A stretch of DNA of 63,951 bases from assembly GCA_002498985.1 (NCBI GenBank), contig DAJO01000009.1:1-63951 (forward strand), written 5' to 3'. Numbering within the stretch: position 1 is the stretch's first letter; each line of letters begins with the position of its first letter. The DNA comes from Euryarchaeota archaeon UBA257. GTDB taxonomy: Archaea > Thermoplasmatota > Poseidoniia > Poseidoniales > Thalassarchaeaceae. The notes below the pieces were generated by a model, which was given only the letters and a program-made list of their open reading frames with translations, was not told the origin of the DNA and did no database searches. Shown one piece after another: positions 48,824-58,830 of this stretch. The translations under genes and the position numbers were made by a program.

Positions 48824-50728
48824 ATGACTGGAACTAATATGAAAAGAATTGGACTCAGTCTCGCTGTTTTACTGATCATTATTGCAACTTCAAACGTTCA
48901 AGCCGCGGATGTTCCCCCAGCACCGGATGAAGAAGGTGTATGGGTCATTGATTCCGCTCAGGTACTATCTAGTTCAGAGTTTGATATTCTGAATAATAAA
49001 TGTAATGAAATATATCTAGAATCTGGAAAACCAATAGTTATTCTGACAATTGAAAGTTATCAGGAGCAAGGAGCGGAGGGATGGGATGAGGAGCGATATG
49101 CTAGATTTGCTTTCGACGAATATGGAATTAATGACGATAATAATGATAATAAAGCAATTCTAATATTCCTGTCACAACAAGATAGGCAATTCCGGATCGA
49201 GTTAGGAGGAGGATATGCTGGTGAATGGGATTGGTACGTTCAGGAAGTCTTTGATTACGATGTAAGACCATACTTGAGTGAAAATATGTGGTACGATGGA
49301 TTACGTGCTGCAGTTGAAGGTATGGATTCCTTAGCAAACCAAGGAGAAATTACTTTCCCAAATTGGGAAAAAGTCAGTGATGATTCATCTGCTAATTGGA
49401 TTATTGATGAAGCAGGATTGATCGTTGATGTGGATGAAAATGATATAAATTTGAGGATAAATAATATTGAAAGGAATACAAACTGCTCAATCTTAATTGT
49501 TACCATAGACGGTCTAAATGGGAAAAATGCTTCTTTTATTGGTGGATATGAATATGCAGATAGAGCTTTTGAAAACTATAATCTGAATGAATGTGATATT
49601 TTGTGGATTATTACAAAGGAATATGACGCATGGGATCCTATGTATTACTGGTGGGATATTAACCCCAAAATTGGATCACAATTCGGAGAAGATTGGAGGA
49701 TTTATATTGACAGTAAACAATGGGAAATTTATGATGAATTAGAATGGGGTGGAGGAGAAGTTGATGATTTTTTATTGCATGAGATTGTAGATTACTCTGA
49801 GAAAGCAATTCTCAATGATGGCTTTGATATGGATGAATGGATAGAAATCAATACTCCTTTTCTAGTTTTTCTACCAATATTAATAGCTCTCTCTGTTGGA
49901 ATTTTTATAAGTTCCATCCCTAATAAAATTAAATTCCGAAAAGGGAAAGACGAAGCATTGGAGAATATTGCATTAGTGAATCGAAGTATTATGTCTAATA
50001 TAGGAGGGGATTCATCAATTAGAAATAATTGGAATGGGAAATTCAAAGGTATGACAGATTCAGAGATTAAATCATTTAGAAGATTAGATGATAAATTATC
50101 AAAAAATGATGTCGAAATTAGTTTGGAGAAATATGAGAACGAGTTAAAACAAATTAAAGAAGTTTATAGTTTGAGAACTAATAAATCTAATTTCATAGTT
50201 TTGTTCATACTATTCGCGTTAGTTATACCTCTAGCTTCTCAAATTATAATGGGCTTAATATCGTCTCAATCTAGTATGGAAGCTCAGGTGATTGGAATGC
50301 CTGCAATTTTCCAAATAATAATTATAATTCCATTTTTAATCATCCCTTATAGATTTATAATTAGTCCACTGAAAACCATGTTTGGAAACCTTTCAGGAAA
50401 TATGAAAAGTGAAATGGGATTAATCCTAGGTATACCAATAATGAGTTCTAAATCTTCTTTATCTAATTTTTCAGGTTGGAGAAAAGAGCGTTATTATGAT
50501 GAGAAAACAGCGGATTATCATGATAGAAATAATATCCATGGTTATACTTGGACTTACAACGAAATGGAAAGTAGTGGCAGTTCATTTAGACGTAGTTCTG
50601 GAAGTACTAGATCCGAGAGAAGGAGTAGCAGTGGCGGCGGTTTCGATAGTGGAGGAAGCGGTGGCGGTGGCGGCGGTTTCGACAGTGGAGGAAGCGGCGG
50701 CGGCGGCGGCGGTGGCGGAGATTTCTAA
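48824..50728 (+). CDS. TPM-domain (TLP18.3/Psb32/MOLO-1, YgcG-like) membrane protein with a Gly-rich tail
   Basis: Signal peptide, two TPM-like modules, about 3 TM helices and a C-terminal GGGFDSGGSGGG x2 tail typical of YgcG-like proteins. An alternative ATG is at 48839. Confidence 0.65.
   Translation: MTGTNMKRIGLSLAVLLIIIATSNVQAADVPPAPDEEGVWVIDSAQVLSSSEFDILNNKCNEIYLESGKPIVILTIESYQEQGAEGWDEERYARFAFDEYGINDDNNDNKAILIFLSQQDRQFRIELGGGYAGEWDWYVQEVFDYDVRPYLSENMWYDGLRAAVEGMDSLANQGEITFPNWEKVSDDSSANWIIDEAGLIVDVDENDINLRINNIERNTNCSILIVTIDGLNGKNASFIGGYEYADRAFENYNLNECDILWIITKEYDAWDPMYYWWDINPKIGSQFGEDWRIYIDSKQWEIYDELEWGGGEVDDFLLHEIVDYSEKAILNDGFDMDEWIEINTPFLVFLPILIALSVGIFISSIPNKIKFRKGKDEALENIALVNRSIMSNIGGDSSIRNNWNGKFKGMTDSEIKSFRRLDDKLSKNDVEISLEKYENELKQIKEVYSLRTNKSNFIVLFILFALVIPLASQIIMGLISSQSSMEAQVIGMPAIFQIIIIIPFLIIPYRFIISPLKTMFGNLSGNMKSEMGLILGIPIMSSKSSLSNFSGWRKERYYDEKTADYHDRNNIHGYTWTYNEMESSGSSFRRSSGSTRSERRSSSGGGFDSGGSGGGGGGFDSGGSGGGGGGGGDF
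50633..50720 (+). repeat. 36-nt tandem duplication plus GGC/GGT triplet run, inside the coding sequence
   Basis: GGCGGCGGTTTCGAyAGTGGAGGAAGCGG... occurs at 50633-50668 and again at 50669-50704 with a few differences (5 by my count), then continues as (GGC)n. It encodes the Gly-rich tail of the TPM protein. Confidence 0.85.
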
Positions 50729-50738
50729 TCACTGATTA

Positions 50739-51176
50739 TCAAGCTGTTCTGACAATAATCCCTGCTTCATTCATCATACCTGAAGCAATATCGAAATCTT
50801 TCTGCCATCTTTCAGGAATGTCTAAATCTTCAGGATAAATAACCTCTCTAACTCCTGCTTGAATAAGAGATCTGGTACATCTTGAACAAGGCGGCCAAGT
50901 TACATATGCCGTAGTACCTTTCAATGAAATCCCAATTCTTGCGGCGTGCATTATAGCATTCTCTTCTGCATGACAAATCATCGGATACTTCTGTTCACGA
51001 TCTTCAAGTCTCTCAATTTTATCTTCAATTCCTCTAGGGAACCCATTGAAACCCGTAGATCTAATCTCACGATCTTCACCTACAACAATACAACCCACTT
51101 TCGTAGACGGATCTTTAGACCAGTCAGAGATATGCTTAGCTAACTCTAGAAATCTTTTATCCCATTTGTCACTCAT
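50739..51176 (-). CDS. dCMP deaminase (ComEB-type cytidine/deoxycytidylate deaminase)
   Basis: HAEENAI and PCSRC zinc-binding motifs. The start is set to ATG 51176 (MSDKWDKRF). Confidence 0.85.
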   Translation of the reverse strand: MSDKWDKRFLELAKHISDWSKDPSTKVGCIVVGEDREIRSTGFNGFPRGIEDKIERLEDREQKYPMICHAEENAIMHAARIGISLKGTTAYVTWPPCSRCTRSLIQAGVREVIYPEDLDIPERWQKDFDIASGMMNEAGIIVRTA

Positions 51177-51198
51177 ATAAACATCTCCAAAATATCTA

Positions 51199-51498
51199 TC
51201 ATAAGTCATTATCCCTATTCGCTTCTGTACGATTAGGGTCGTAACCATCTAAGGAGGTATAACAATCAGGATCGTCTCTATCGGCCTTACCGCCATTGTC
51301 ATTATCTAATCCATCACCACAATTCCCGACAGTATCATCATTTGATGAAAGAAAACTTTCTGCTCCACCGCCGGCTAAGATAGCAAATAACAGGCCAGAA
51401 AGGACAAGAATAAGGGCGACTAAGATATATTTCGAAGTACTGTCTTGTGGTTCCAAGACTACTTTAATTTCAGTTTTCTCATTCGGCTTATCAGTCAT
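51199..51498 (-). CDS. small single-TM protein with a C-x-DG-x-DND...D-x-DC putative metal-binding motif
   Basis: 99 aa with one TM helix (ILVALILVLSGLLFAILA), then CGDGLDNDNGGKADRDDPDC, which resembles the MopE-type putative metal-binding motif. Confidence 0.5.
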   Translation of the reverse strand: MTDKPNEKTEIKVVLEPQDSTSKYILVALILVLSGLLFAILAGGGAESFLSSNDDTVGNCGDGLDNDNGGKADRDDPDCYTSLDGYDPNRTEANRDNDL

Positions 51499-51531
51499 CT
51501 ACGAGCCATCCACTAGGGTCATCCTTTTTGA

Positions 51532-52764
51532 TTATCGGTGAACGCGTAGTTCTTCCCAAAAATTCAGATTATCTCTAGAGATGATATAATTTAGAATATC
51601 CCCTACCAGATATACACTGCCAATAATTACTAATTCTACATCATCTATTTCACAAATCTTAGAAGCTTCTTCTATCGCATTAATTGGGTTTTTAATTATG
51701 TCACGAGGTGTTTCTCTATGACGGCAAATTATTTTTTCTAATTCTTCTGCATTAACTGAATCGTTCCTTCCCGAAAGAGGTTCAGTAAATATCAAATGAT
51801 GAAAAATTGATTGATGAATATTCTCTTTAAGAAATGGAGACAGTGTGTCTTTGATATCTGCTTTCTCAGTGACTCCAATAATAAACACACTTGGTTTCTC
51901 GATTGAATTGAGTTCAGACTCAAAACCTTCTTTATTGTGAGCTGCACAGACTTTCAATGGAAAGTCATACCAAGATGAGCCGTAATTCGGAGAACGACCC
52001 GGCCATTTACATTCTATTTCAGAATCTTTCCATTTGAAAAAATTTGCAACTTTTTTGGTCAACATAGTCCAGTTCTGCCAATTTGAAAAATCTTGATTCG
52101 TTTCAATTATCAAAAGATCTTCTCCGACTTTATCTGAAATTACTTTCAATACAGAAGGAGGTAAATTACCACTTTTTGATAAAAATAATGGAACTCCTGG
52201 TCGATGAATCCCTGCCTTTTCGAAAGCAATTTCTTCTAAGGTTTCTCCCAGAAATTCAGTATGATCTTTAGAAATTGTAGTTATTATACAAAGATCAGCA
52301 TCTACTAACCTAGTAGAGTCTAACCTACCTCCTAAACCGGTCTCAATAATGGCTCTATCAATATTATTCTCACTGAAAACTACCATAGCAAGTAAAAATG
52401 TAACTTCAAAAAAAGTTGGTTTGCAGACTGGAGAAATTAATGAGGCTGCTCGTATTTTTTCTAGAAACATATCAAAATCTTTGGGAGAAACAGGGACTCC
52501 ATTTATCCTAATTCTTTCTTCTATCGTAATTAAATGTGGAGAGGAAAAGAGGCCCACTTTGAGATTATTTTCTCTCGCCATTGCAGAAAGTTGAACACAT
52601 AAAGAACCCTTTCCATTTGTGCCTGCAACATGAATTGAAGGGAAATCAAGATGAGGATTCCCTAGTCTCTCCAATAAAAGATTACAATTATCAAATCCTA
52701 ATTTAACCCCAGAATCTTTCGTGTTTTCTAACCATTTTCTAACGTTCAAAAAATAATCACCCAC
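51532..52764 (-). CDS. folC: folylpolyglutamate synthase / dihydrofolate synthase (Mur ligase family)
   Basis: HVAGTNGKGS P-loop and Mur-ligase architecture. It must start at GTG 52764 or a nearby TTG, because no in-frame ATG precedes the P-loop. Confidence 0.85.
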   Translation of the reverse strand: MGDYFLNVRKWLENTKDSGVKLGFDNCNLLLERLGNPHLDFPSIHVAGTNGKGSLCVQLSAMARENNLKVGLFSSPHLITIEERIRINGVPVSPKDFDMFLEKIRAASLISPVCKPTFFEVTFLLAMVVFSENNIDRAIIETGLGGRLDSTRLVDADLCIITTISKDHTEFLGETLEEIAFEKAGIHRPGVPLFLSKSGNLPPSVLKVISDKVGEDLLIIETNQDFSNWQNWTMLTKKVANFFKWKDSEIECKWPGRSPNYGSSWYDFPLKVCAAHNKEGFESELNSIEKPSVFIIGVTEKADIKDTLSPFLKENIHQSIFHHLIFTEPLSGRNDSVNAEELEKIICRHRETPRDIIKNPINAIEEASKICEIDDVELVIIGSVYLVGDILNYIISRDNLNFWEELRVHR

Positions 52765-52799
52765 TAGTTCTACTACACACTTGTATTAGTCAAAGTGAT

Positions 52800-53900
52800 A
52801 TGGTCTTTGAACTTCGTGGGGGTTGGGGAGTGAAAGTGAACGAGACAATAGAGGCTATGAGAGACCAGTGGAAGTCAATGACTGGTATGGCTGGAATGTT
52901 TGTAACAACTATATTTTTAGGGATTACAATTCAGCCTGTTTGGGATAAAGATGAAGTAAGAGCCTTCGGAGAAGAAGGAACTACACAAGGAGGATATATA
53001 CTATTAGAATTGGCCCTAATTGGCATTTTTACATTTTTAATTATATGGCTCGCTAGGAAAAATTTAGAACTACTGATTAAAGGATTCATCATGTTTTCAC
53101 TATATTTTTCTTTAGTATACACTGTTTACCCATATATCGCCTTAATTATGCAGATTGTTTTGAATACCCAAGAGAATGCATTTTTAATAGCATTAATTTT
53201 AGATTTATTACTTATGATAACACTTTGGAGATTTCCTGAATGGTACATTGTAAATCTTGTTGGGGTGTTAGTGGGAGCGGGGGTTATTACAATGATTGGA
53301 ATTAGTTTTGTACCTACTCTAATAATTATCTTCATGATTTGTGCTGCAGTTTATGATCACTGGGCAGTAAATGGCAGTAAACATATGCTCGAATTGGCAG
53401 ATACAATGATAGATTTGAAGTTACCAATTTTATTAGTCGCGCCAAAAGATAAGGGATATTCTTTCTTAGATGAACAAGAAGGTGTAATGGAAAAAACTGT
53501 GGAAAGACCCTCAAAAGAGGATTGGGAGAATCCCAAAGTTGGGCAAATCAAAGTAGAAAAAACTGGTAGAGATGCATTGTTTATGGGTCTTGGGGATGTT
53601 ATTTTCCCTGGAATGCTGGTTATTTCGGCCACTACATTCTTACCTCAAACTGGTGTAGTTTTAGGTTCTGTACCGTTATCAACATTCTTTGGAATGTTAC
53701 ATTTAGATCCTCTATTAGTTGGTTTGGGTACATTATTCGGAGGTTTGGTTGGTTACTTAGGATTAATGACACAGGTGGCAAAAGGAAAACCACAAGCAGG
53801 CTTACCTTTACTTAATGGAGGAGCAATATTAGGTTATTTTATTACAGGATTAATAGTATATGGTCCATCAGATTTAATTCAACAAATTAGCCTCTTCTGA
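52800..53900 (+). CDS. presenilin/signal-peptide-peptidase-like intramembrane aspartyl protease (A22 family, archaeal PSH type)
   Basis: Polytopic protein with YD (AAVYDHW) and GLGD (FMGLGDVIFPG) catalytic motifs, plus a PAL-like GLPLL near the C-terminus. Confidence 0.75.
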   Translation: MVFELRGGWGVKVNETIEAMRDQWKSMTGMAGMFVTTIFLGITIQPVWDKDEVRAFGEEGTTQGGYILLELALIGIFTFLIIWLARKNLELLIKGFIMFSLYFSLVYTVYPYIALIMQIVLNTQENAFLIALILDLLLMITLWRFPEWYIVNLVGVLVGAGVITMIGISFVPTLIIIFMICAAVYDHWAVNGSKHMLELADTMIDLKLPILLVAPKDKGYSFLDEQEGVMEKTVERPSKEDWENPKVGQIKVEKTGRDALFMGLGDVIFPGMLVISATTFLPQTGVVLGSVPLSTFFGMLHLDPLLVGLGTLFGGLVGYLGLMTQVAKGKPQAGLPLLNGGAILGYFITGLIVYGPSDLIQQISLF

Positions 53901-53954
53901 ACCTAAAAGCCCGATTCATTGAAAGAAGATTGAGCAGTCCTAGAGTTGATAGTT

Positions 53955-55235
53955 ATGCTAGACATGAGTATATTTCGTGAAAAAGCAGAGATTTTACGGA
54001 AAGATCATGATAAAAGAAAAATTCCTCATGATAACATTGACGAAGTAATCAGACTCGATAATGAATGGAAGCAAGCTAGATTTGATGTTGATCAACTTCG
54101 TAAATCAAGAAACGAGGCAGCAAGAACTATAGCAGCAGCGAAAAAATCTGGAGACTCTGATGCTGTAAACAAAATAATGAGTGAAGTATCGAGTATAGGA
54201 AATAAAATTGAAGAATTATCAAAAATGGCAGATGATTTACTACAAAATAGAGATTCGATAAGGATGAGAATACCAAATATCCTTCATGAGAGTGTACCAG
54301 AAGGAGAAGATGACCAAAAGAATACTTTGCACAGTTTACATGGCGAAAAAATTAGTTTAGGATTTGATGCAAAAAATCATAATGAAATTATCGAAAAGAA
54401 TGGTTGGGTAGACTTAGCTAGGGCTGCAAAGATAGCCGGAAGTAGATTTTTTTTCATGCAGGGAGATTTAGCAAGATTAGATATGGCTCTACAAAGTTAC
54501 ACTTCAAACTTCCTCATCAACAAAAATTACACTCTTGTACAACCACCCTTAATGATGAATAAAGAAGCTTACGAAGGAGTTACAGATCTTGGTGATTTTG
54601 AAACTGTAATGTATGGAATTGAGCCAGATAAATTCTATCTCATTGCTACAAGTGAACACCCACTAACTGCTATGAGGATGGATGAAATTATCGAACCATC
54701 AGAACTTCCAATAAAACTTGTTGGAGTTTCACAATGTTTCCGCAGAGAAGTTGGGGCACACGGACTCTCAGATAGAGGGATATGGAGGGTACATCAGTTT
54801 ACTAAAATAGAACAGATCATAATTTGTAAACCAGAAGACTCGTGGTCTCATCATGAAGATTTATTGAATAATGCAACGGAATTATGGGATAGCCTAGGAT
54901 TACACTATCGTGTAGTGAATATTTGCACCGGAGATATGGGGACTGTCGCTTCAAAGAAATATGATCTTGAAGCATGGCTACCAGGTGTCGGAGAATATAA
55001 AGAAGTAGTTTCTTGTTCAAATTGTACGGACTATCAGGCAAATCGACTCCGTATGAGATACAGAACATCGGAAGGGAACTCCGCTGTCCATACATTGAAT
55101 TCTACTGCGGTTGCTACTACTAGAGCATTGGTAGCGATTCTAGAACAATATCAAACAGAGGATGGTAAAATTATGATACCTGAGGTTTTAAGACCATATA
55201 TGAATCATCAAGAATTTTTAAGTCCCTTGAGTTGA
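53955..55235 (+). CDS. serS: seryl-tRNA synthetase
   Basis: N-terminal coiled-coil arm and class II core motifs (FRRE, GLHYRVV, TLNSTA). The start is set to ATG 53955 (MLDMSIFRE). Confidence 0.95.
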   Translation: MLDMSIFREKAEILRKDHDKRKIPHDNIDEVIRLDNEWKQARFDVDQLRKSRNEAARTIAAAKKSGDSDAVNKIMSEVSSIGNKIEELSKMADDLLQNRDSIRMRIPNILHESVPEGEDDQKNTLHSLHGEKISLGFDAKNHNEIIEKNGWVDLARAAKIAGSRFFFMQGDLARLDMALQSYTSNFLINKNYTLVQPPLMMNKEAYEGVTDLGDFETVMYGIEPDKFYLIATSEHPLTAMRMDEIIEPSELPIKLVGVSQCFRREVGAHGLSDRGIWRVHQFTKIEQIIICKPEDSWSHHEDLLNNATELWDSLGLHYRVVNICTGDMGTVASKKYDLEAWLPGVGEYKEVVSCSNCTDYQANRLRMRYRTSEGNSAVHTLNSTAVATTRALVAILEQYQTEDGKIMIPEVLRPYMNHQEFLSPLS

Positions 55236-55811
55236 TTTTTCTGCTGTAATCTTAATTGATTGTCGTATCAATAAAGCAACTAATATAACTGCAAAAATTG
55301 CAGCAATTAGAGGTGCTATTAATGCTGCAATTGTAAGAATTACACTTGCTATATTCTCGCCCGATGCAACAAATGAATTACCAAATCCCATAGTTAGAGT
55401 AGATGATAGGCCACGGATTGCAACTGTAGTGACTTGAATAATTCCTGCTGAACCACCTCCTGCAATAATTGCAAATGACCACTGAATTATAGGATCGCTA
55501 CCCACTAAAGCCATTGAAGTCATGCTAACTCCTGAAACCACTGCTGCAGGGGTCGCTATAGTATCCAATAAATTGTCTAACCAAGGAACATAATATGCTC
55601 CAAATTCTGCTAAGCATGCTATTCCAAGAACTAGAACTGCTGCATTGCTGTCAAATGCGGCAAACTCGGTTCCTGATAGATCAAAATTAACAAAGGTATC
55701 AGTTCTGACTGCTAATGATAAAATAAATGGGGGTAAGAAAACTCTGAAGCCCGAAGCTGATGCAAGGCTGAGCCCCATCAAAGCAGCAAGTATTGTCGTT
55801 TCTACTCCCAT
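55218..55811 (-). CDS. DUF4126-family membrane protein
   Basis: GFRVFLPPF N-terminal motif and a WLDNLLDTIATPAAVVSG segment typical of DUF4126. The 3' end overlaps serS by 18 nt. Confidence 0.65.
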   Translation of the reverse strand: MGVETTILAALMGLSLASASGFRVFLPPFILSLAVRTDTFVNFDLSGTEFAAFDSNAAVLVLGIACLAEFGAYYVPWLDNLLDTIATPAAVVSGVSMTSMALVGSDPIIQWSFAIIAGGGSAGIIQVTTVAIRGLSSTLTMGFGNSFVASGENIASVILTIAALIAPLIAAIFAVILVALLIRQSIKITAEKSTQGT

Positions 55812-55884
55812 GATAATCCCAAGACATTAGATGTAATTAATCCACTCCCTGCATGATTAATTATGAAAGTAGGATAAAACTATT

Positions 55885-56385
55885 CTAATCGCCAATTTCA
55901 ACTAAATTTGCGCCCATATCAACTCTGTCTCCTTTCTGGAAGTAAACTGAAGTAACTTCACCAGCTCTAGGCGCCTGAATTCTATGCTCCATCTTCATGG
56001 CTTCCATTACCAATAACGTCTGCCCCTCCCTTACTCTCTGCCCAGTCTTGACCATTACATCAAGAATAGTTCCAGGCATTGGGGCACTTAGACTACCTTC
56101 AGATAGTGACGAGTCTGGACTCCCGGGTTCATGCATATTAATCACATAAATGCGGCCTTGGAAATGTATCCACCATTCATCATCACAACGAGAAATATGA
56201 GCGAAACTTCTTTTTCCATCTAAATCCACTAGAAGTCTACCTGCTTGTTGATCTTTACTAATTGAAATATCATCAAAGTTAATTTCTTTGTCCTCAGAAA
56301 TTAATTTTGAAAGAGAAAGTAATTCCTCTTTTTCAGAGAAACTCACCTTATATCTAGAACCAGAATTACCTATACTCCATTCCAT
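55885..56385 (-). CDS. biotin carboxyl carrier fragment of acyl-CoA carboxylase alpha (BT-like linker plus biotinyl domain)
   Basis: EAMKMEH biotinylation motif in the C-terminal ~70 aa. It has its own ATG, preceded by AGGTGA that overlaps the upstream stop. Confidence 0.85.
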   Translation of the reverse strand: MEWSIGNSGSRYKVSFSEKEELLSLSKLISEDKEINFDDISISKDQQAGRLLVDLDGKRSFAHISRCDDEWWIHFQGRIYVINMHEPGSPDSSLSEGSLSAPMPGTILDVMVKTGQRVREGQTLLVMEAMKMEHRIQAPRAGEVTSVYFQKGDRVDMGANLVEIGD

Positions 56386-56393
56386 AATATCAC

Positions 56394-57959
56394 CTAAGGG
56401 TAAGACCTCGTTAATGTTTTGAATGGATCTCCGGAATGTCCACTATATTCGTCTAATATTTCTGAGCTAGAAGGAAGTTGATTACGATCTAAACCAAAAC
56501 GACTTGCTCCTGCAGCAATAGATACTAATATTGAATCACTAATCCTCGGTTCTTCAAATTCTTCTAAAGATACATTGTCGAGATAATCTGTTGTTACGAG
56601 ACCATTCGAAAATGCCTCGCTCTTGGATACCTCACGTAAAAATCCAACATTAGTAGTTACACCTAAAACAACAAATTCTGATAATGCGGCATCTAGTTTT
56701 CTCAACGCAGCCTCGCGTGTTGGTGCATGAACGATTAATTTAGCCAACATCGGATCGAAGTCAATGGTGACCTCGTCTCCCTCTCTAAATCCTGAGTCCA
56801 TTCTAACACCCGGTGTTGAAGGTGGTCTCCACATTGATAGTTTACCGATAGCTGGAAGAAAGCCTTTGGTTACGTCTTCGGCATAGATTCTAGCCTCAAT
56901 AGAATGACCAGTAATTCCTATTTCATCCTGAGATATATTCAATGGTATACCTGCTGCAACTTCAAATTGCTTCTGAACTAAATCAATCCCTGTAATTAGT
57001 TCAGTAACTGGATGTTCAACTTGAAGACGAGTATTCATTTCGAGAAAGAAAAATTCACCTCTAGATGTTAGAAGGAATTCGACTGTCCCTGCACCTTCAT
57101 AATTTACCGATTCAGCGGCTCTTATTGCAGCTTGTCCCATATTCCTGCGAATCTCAGGAGTAACTGCTGGAGAGGGGGCTTCTTCGATTACTTTCTGATG
57201 TCTTCTTTGTAAAGAGCAATCTCTTTCATTCAAATGAATAGAATTACCATATTGGTCGCAAAGTACTTGAATTTCAACATGTCTCGAACCAGTCAATAGC
57301 CTTTCAACGTAAACTGTACCATCTCCGAAGGCAGCCGAAGCTTCCCGTGCTGCTGCTTCATATTCAGTTCTGAGCATCTTAGGTTCGTGTACTGCTCTCA
57401 TTCCCTTACCACCACCTCCAGCACTAGCCTTTACCAATAATGGATATCCTACTCTAGCAGCTGAAGTTGCTAAAACACCAAGAGGATTTGATCCTGATTC
57501 AATAGCTAATTCTTCACCAGGGATAATAGGAACATCAGATTCTATCATTCTTCTACGAGCAGAAATTTTGTCTCCCATAGTTTCTATTGCTTCTGAGGAT
57601 GGGCCTATCCAGATTAATCCGGAATCCTTGACTAATTTAGCAAAATTAGCTCTTTCAGATAAGAATCCATAACCCGGATGTATTGCTTGGGCCCCTGATT
57701 CCTTTGCTGCAGAAATTATTAATTCCATATTCAGATACGTTTCAGAGAGATTTTCCCCAGGTAAATGAACAGATTCATCAGCTACTTCAACATGTAGTGA
57801 ATTCTTATCAGGATCAGAGTAAATAGCAATTCCTTTGAGCCCTGATTCTCTTGCTGCTTTGAGTATTCTAACCGCGATTTCACCACGATTAGCAACCAAA
57901 ACTGAGCTAAAGGGCGTTGGAGCATTAATCATCCAATCAGGAAACATTTCTAACACCAT
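56394..57959 (-). CDS. biotin carboxylase fragment of methylcrotonyl-/acyl-CoA carboxylase alpha
   Basis: VLVANRGEIAVRI, the ATP-grasp motif GGGGKGMR and EMNTRLQVEHPVTE. 521 aa with no biotinyl domain. Confidence 0.9.
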   Translation of the reverse strand: MVLEMFPDWMINAPTPFSSVLVANRGEIAVRILKAARESGLKGIAIYSDPDKNSLHVEVADESVHLPGENLSETYLNMELIISAAKESGAQAIHPGYGFLSERANFAKLVKDSGLIWIGPSSEAIETMGDKISARRRMIESDVPIIPGEELAIESGSNPLGVLATSAARVGYPLLVKASAGGGGKGMRAVHEPKMLRTEYEAAAREASAAFGDGTVYVERLLTGSRHVEIQVLCDQYGNSIHLNERDCSLQRRHQKVIEEAPSPAVTPEIRRNMGQAAIRAAESVNYEGAGTVEFLLTSRGEFFFLEMNTRLQVEHPVTELITGIDLVQKQFEVAAGIPLNISQDEIGITGHSIEARIYAEDVTKGFLPAIGKLSMWRPPSTPGVRMDSGFREGDEVTIDFDPMLAKLIVHAPTREAALRKLDAALSEFVVLGVTTNVGFLREVSKSEAFSNGLVTTDYLDNVSLEEFEEPRISDSILVSIAAGASRFGLDRNQLPSSSEILDEYSGHSGDPFKTLTRSYP

Positions 57960-57960
57960 T

Positions 57961-58830
57961 TTATTCAGATGACCAATTTGGTTTACGACGCTCTAAGAAA
58001 GAAGAAAGACCTTCTTGACCTTCTTCCGAACCACGCATTTGACTGGTTTTATCCAGAGTCCAATTACGAAGTTCTTCATCACTTCCATCCCATCTGTCAA
58101 AAACTAGAGTTAGATTCTTGGCTTCTGTGACAGCCATAGGACCGGTGGTAAGAACTTCTTGAGAAATAATATTTGACCTGTCATCAAAATCACTGGATGA
58201 TTCTACAACAAAATCAATTAAACCTATTCTCATAGCCTCAACAGAACCAATTTTGCTAGCCATCATCGATAATCTACGGAAGTTAGAGCTACCTATTTTG
58301 CGATAAACATAAGGTCCAATTACTGCTGGTAATATACCTAATTTAGCCTCAGAAAGAGCAATTCTTGTTCTTGGTTCAGCAATCGCATAATCAAAGCAAG
58401 AAACTAGCCCCGCACCTCCACCCAATGCTACACCTTGTATACAACCAATAGTGAAACATGGATGGGCCCAAAGTCCGTGAAACAAACTATCTAGTCTTTC
58501 AGAATCTACACGATTCTCTTCAACAGAGCGAGCACCAGCATCCCTCATCATATTGATATCTGCACCTGCGCAAAAGTGCTTACCTTCACCTGTAAAAATT
58601 ATAACTCTGAGAAATTTCTCACCCTCTGAATCTTCTAAAGATGAATTTCTTGAAACACTTCTATCTGATGTCCACTTAATTACAGAAATTAACTCACTAA
58701 TTAATTCAGTATTTAGGGCATTGAATACATCACTTCTATTTAGATTGATTCTTGCAATGTTTCCATCAATTACAAGTTGACATAGTTTATTTTTTGGAGG
58801 AATATCACTCATTTTCATTTTAATCACCAT
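57961..58830 (-). CDS. enoyl-CoA hydratase/isomerase family protein (likely methylglutaconyl-CoA hydratase)
   Basis: Crotonase fold (FCAGADI, GGG oxyanion segments). It lies between the carboxyltransferase and biotin carboxylase genes, as in bacterial liu clusters. Its start overlaps the upstream stop (TAATG). Confidence 0.8.
   Translation of the reverse strand: MVIKMKMSDIPPKNKLCQLVIDGNIARINLNRSDVFNALNTELISELISVIKWTSDRSVSRNSSLEDSEGEKFLRVIIFTGEGKHFCAGADINMMRDAGARSVEENRVDSERLDSLFHGLWAHPCFTIGCIQGVALGGGAGLVSCFDYAIAEPRTRIALSEAKLGILPAVIGPYVYRKIGSSNFRRLSMMASKIGSVEAMRIGLIDFVVESSSDFDDRSNIISQEVLTTGPMAVTEAKNLTLVFDRWDGSDEELRNWTLDKTSQMRGSEEGQEGLSSFLERRKPNWSSE

Noticed and set aside
50633-50720. GC-rich tandem repeat considered as a non-coding microsatellite or CRISPR-like element
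   Set aside because: It is only two 36-nt units plus a triplet run, with no spacers, and lies in frame within the TPM-domain gene, where it encodes a Gly-rich tail.
56385-56396. Considered the BC/BCCP junction to be a frameshifted pseudogene
   Set aside because: The downstream piece has its own ATG and a well-spaced AGGTGA motif, and both ORFs are otherwise intact. I kept them as two genes but flagged the junction for read-level verification.
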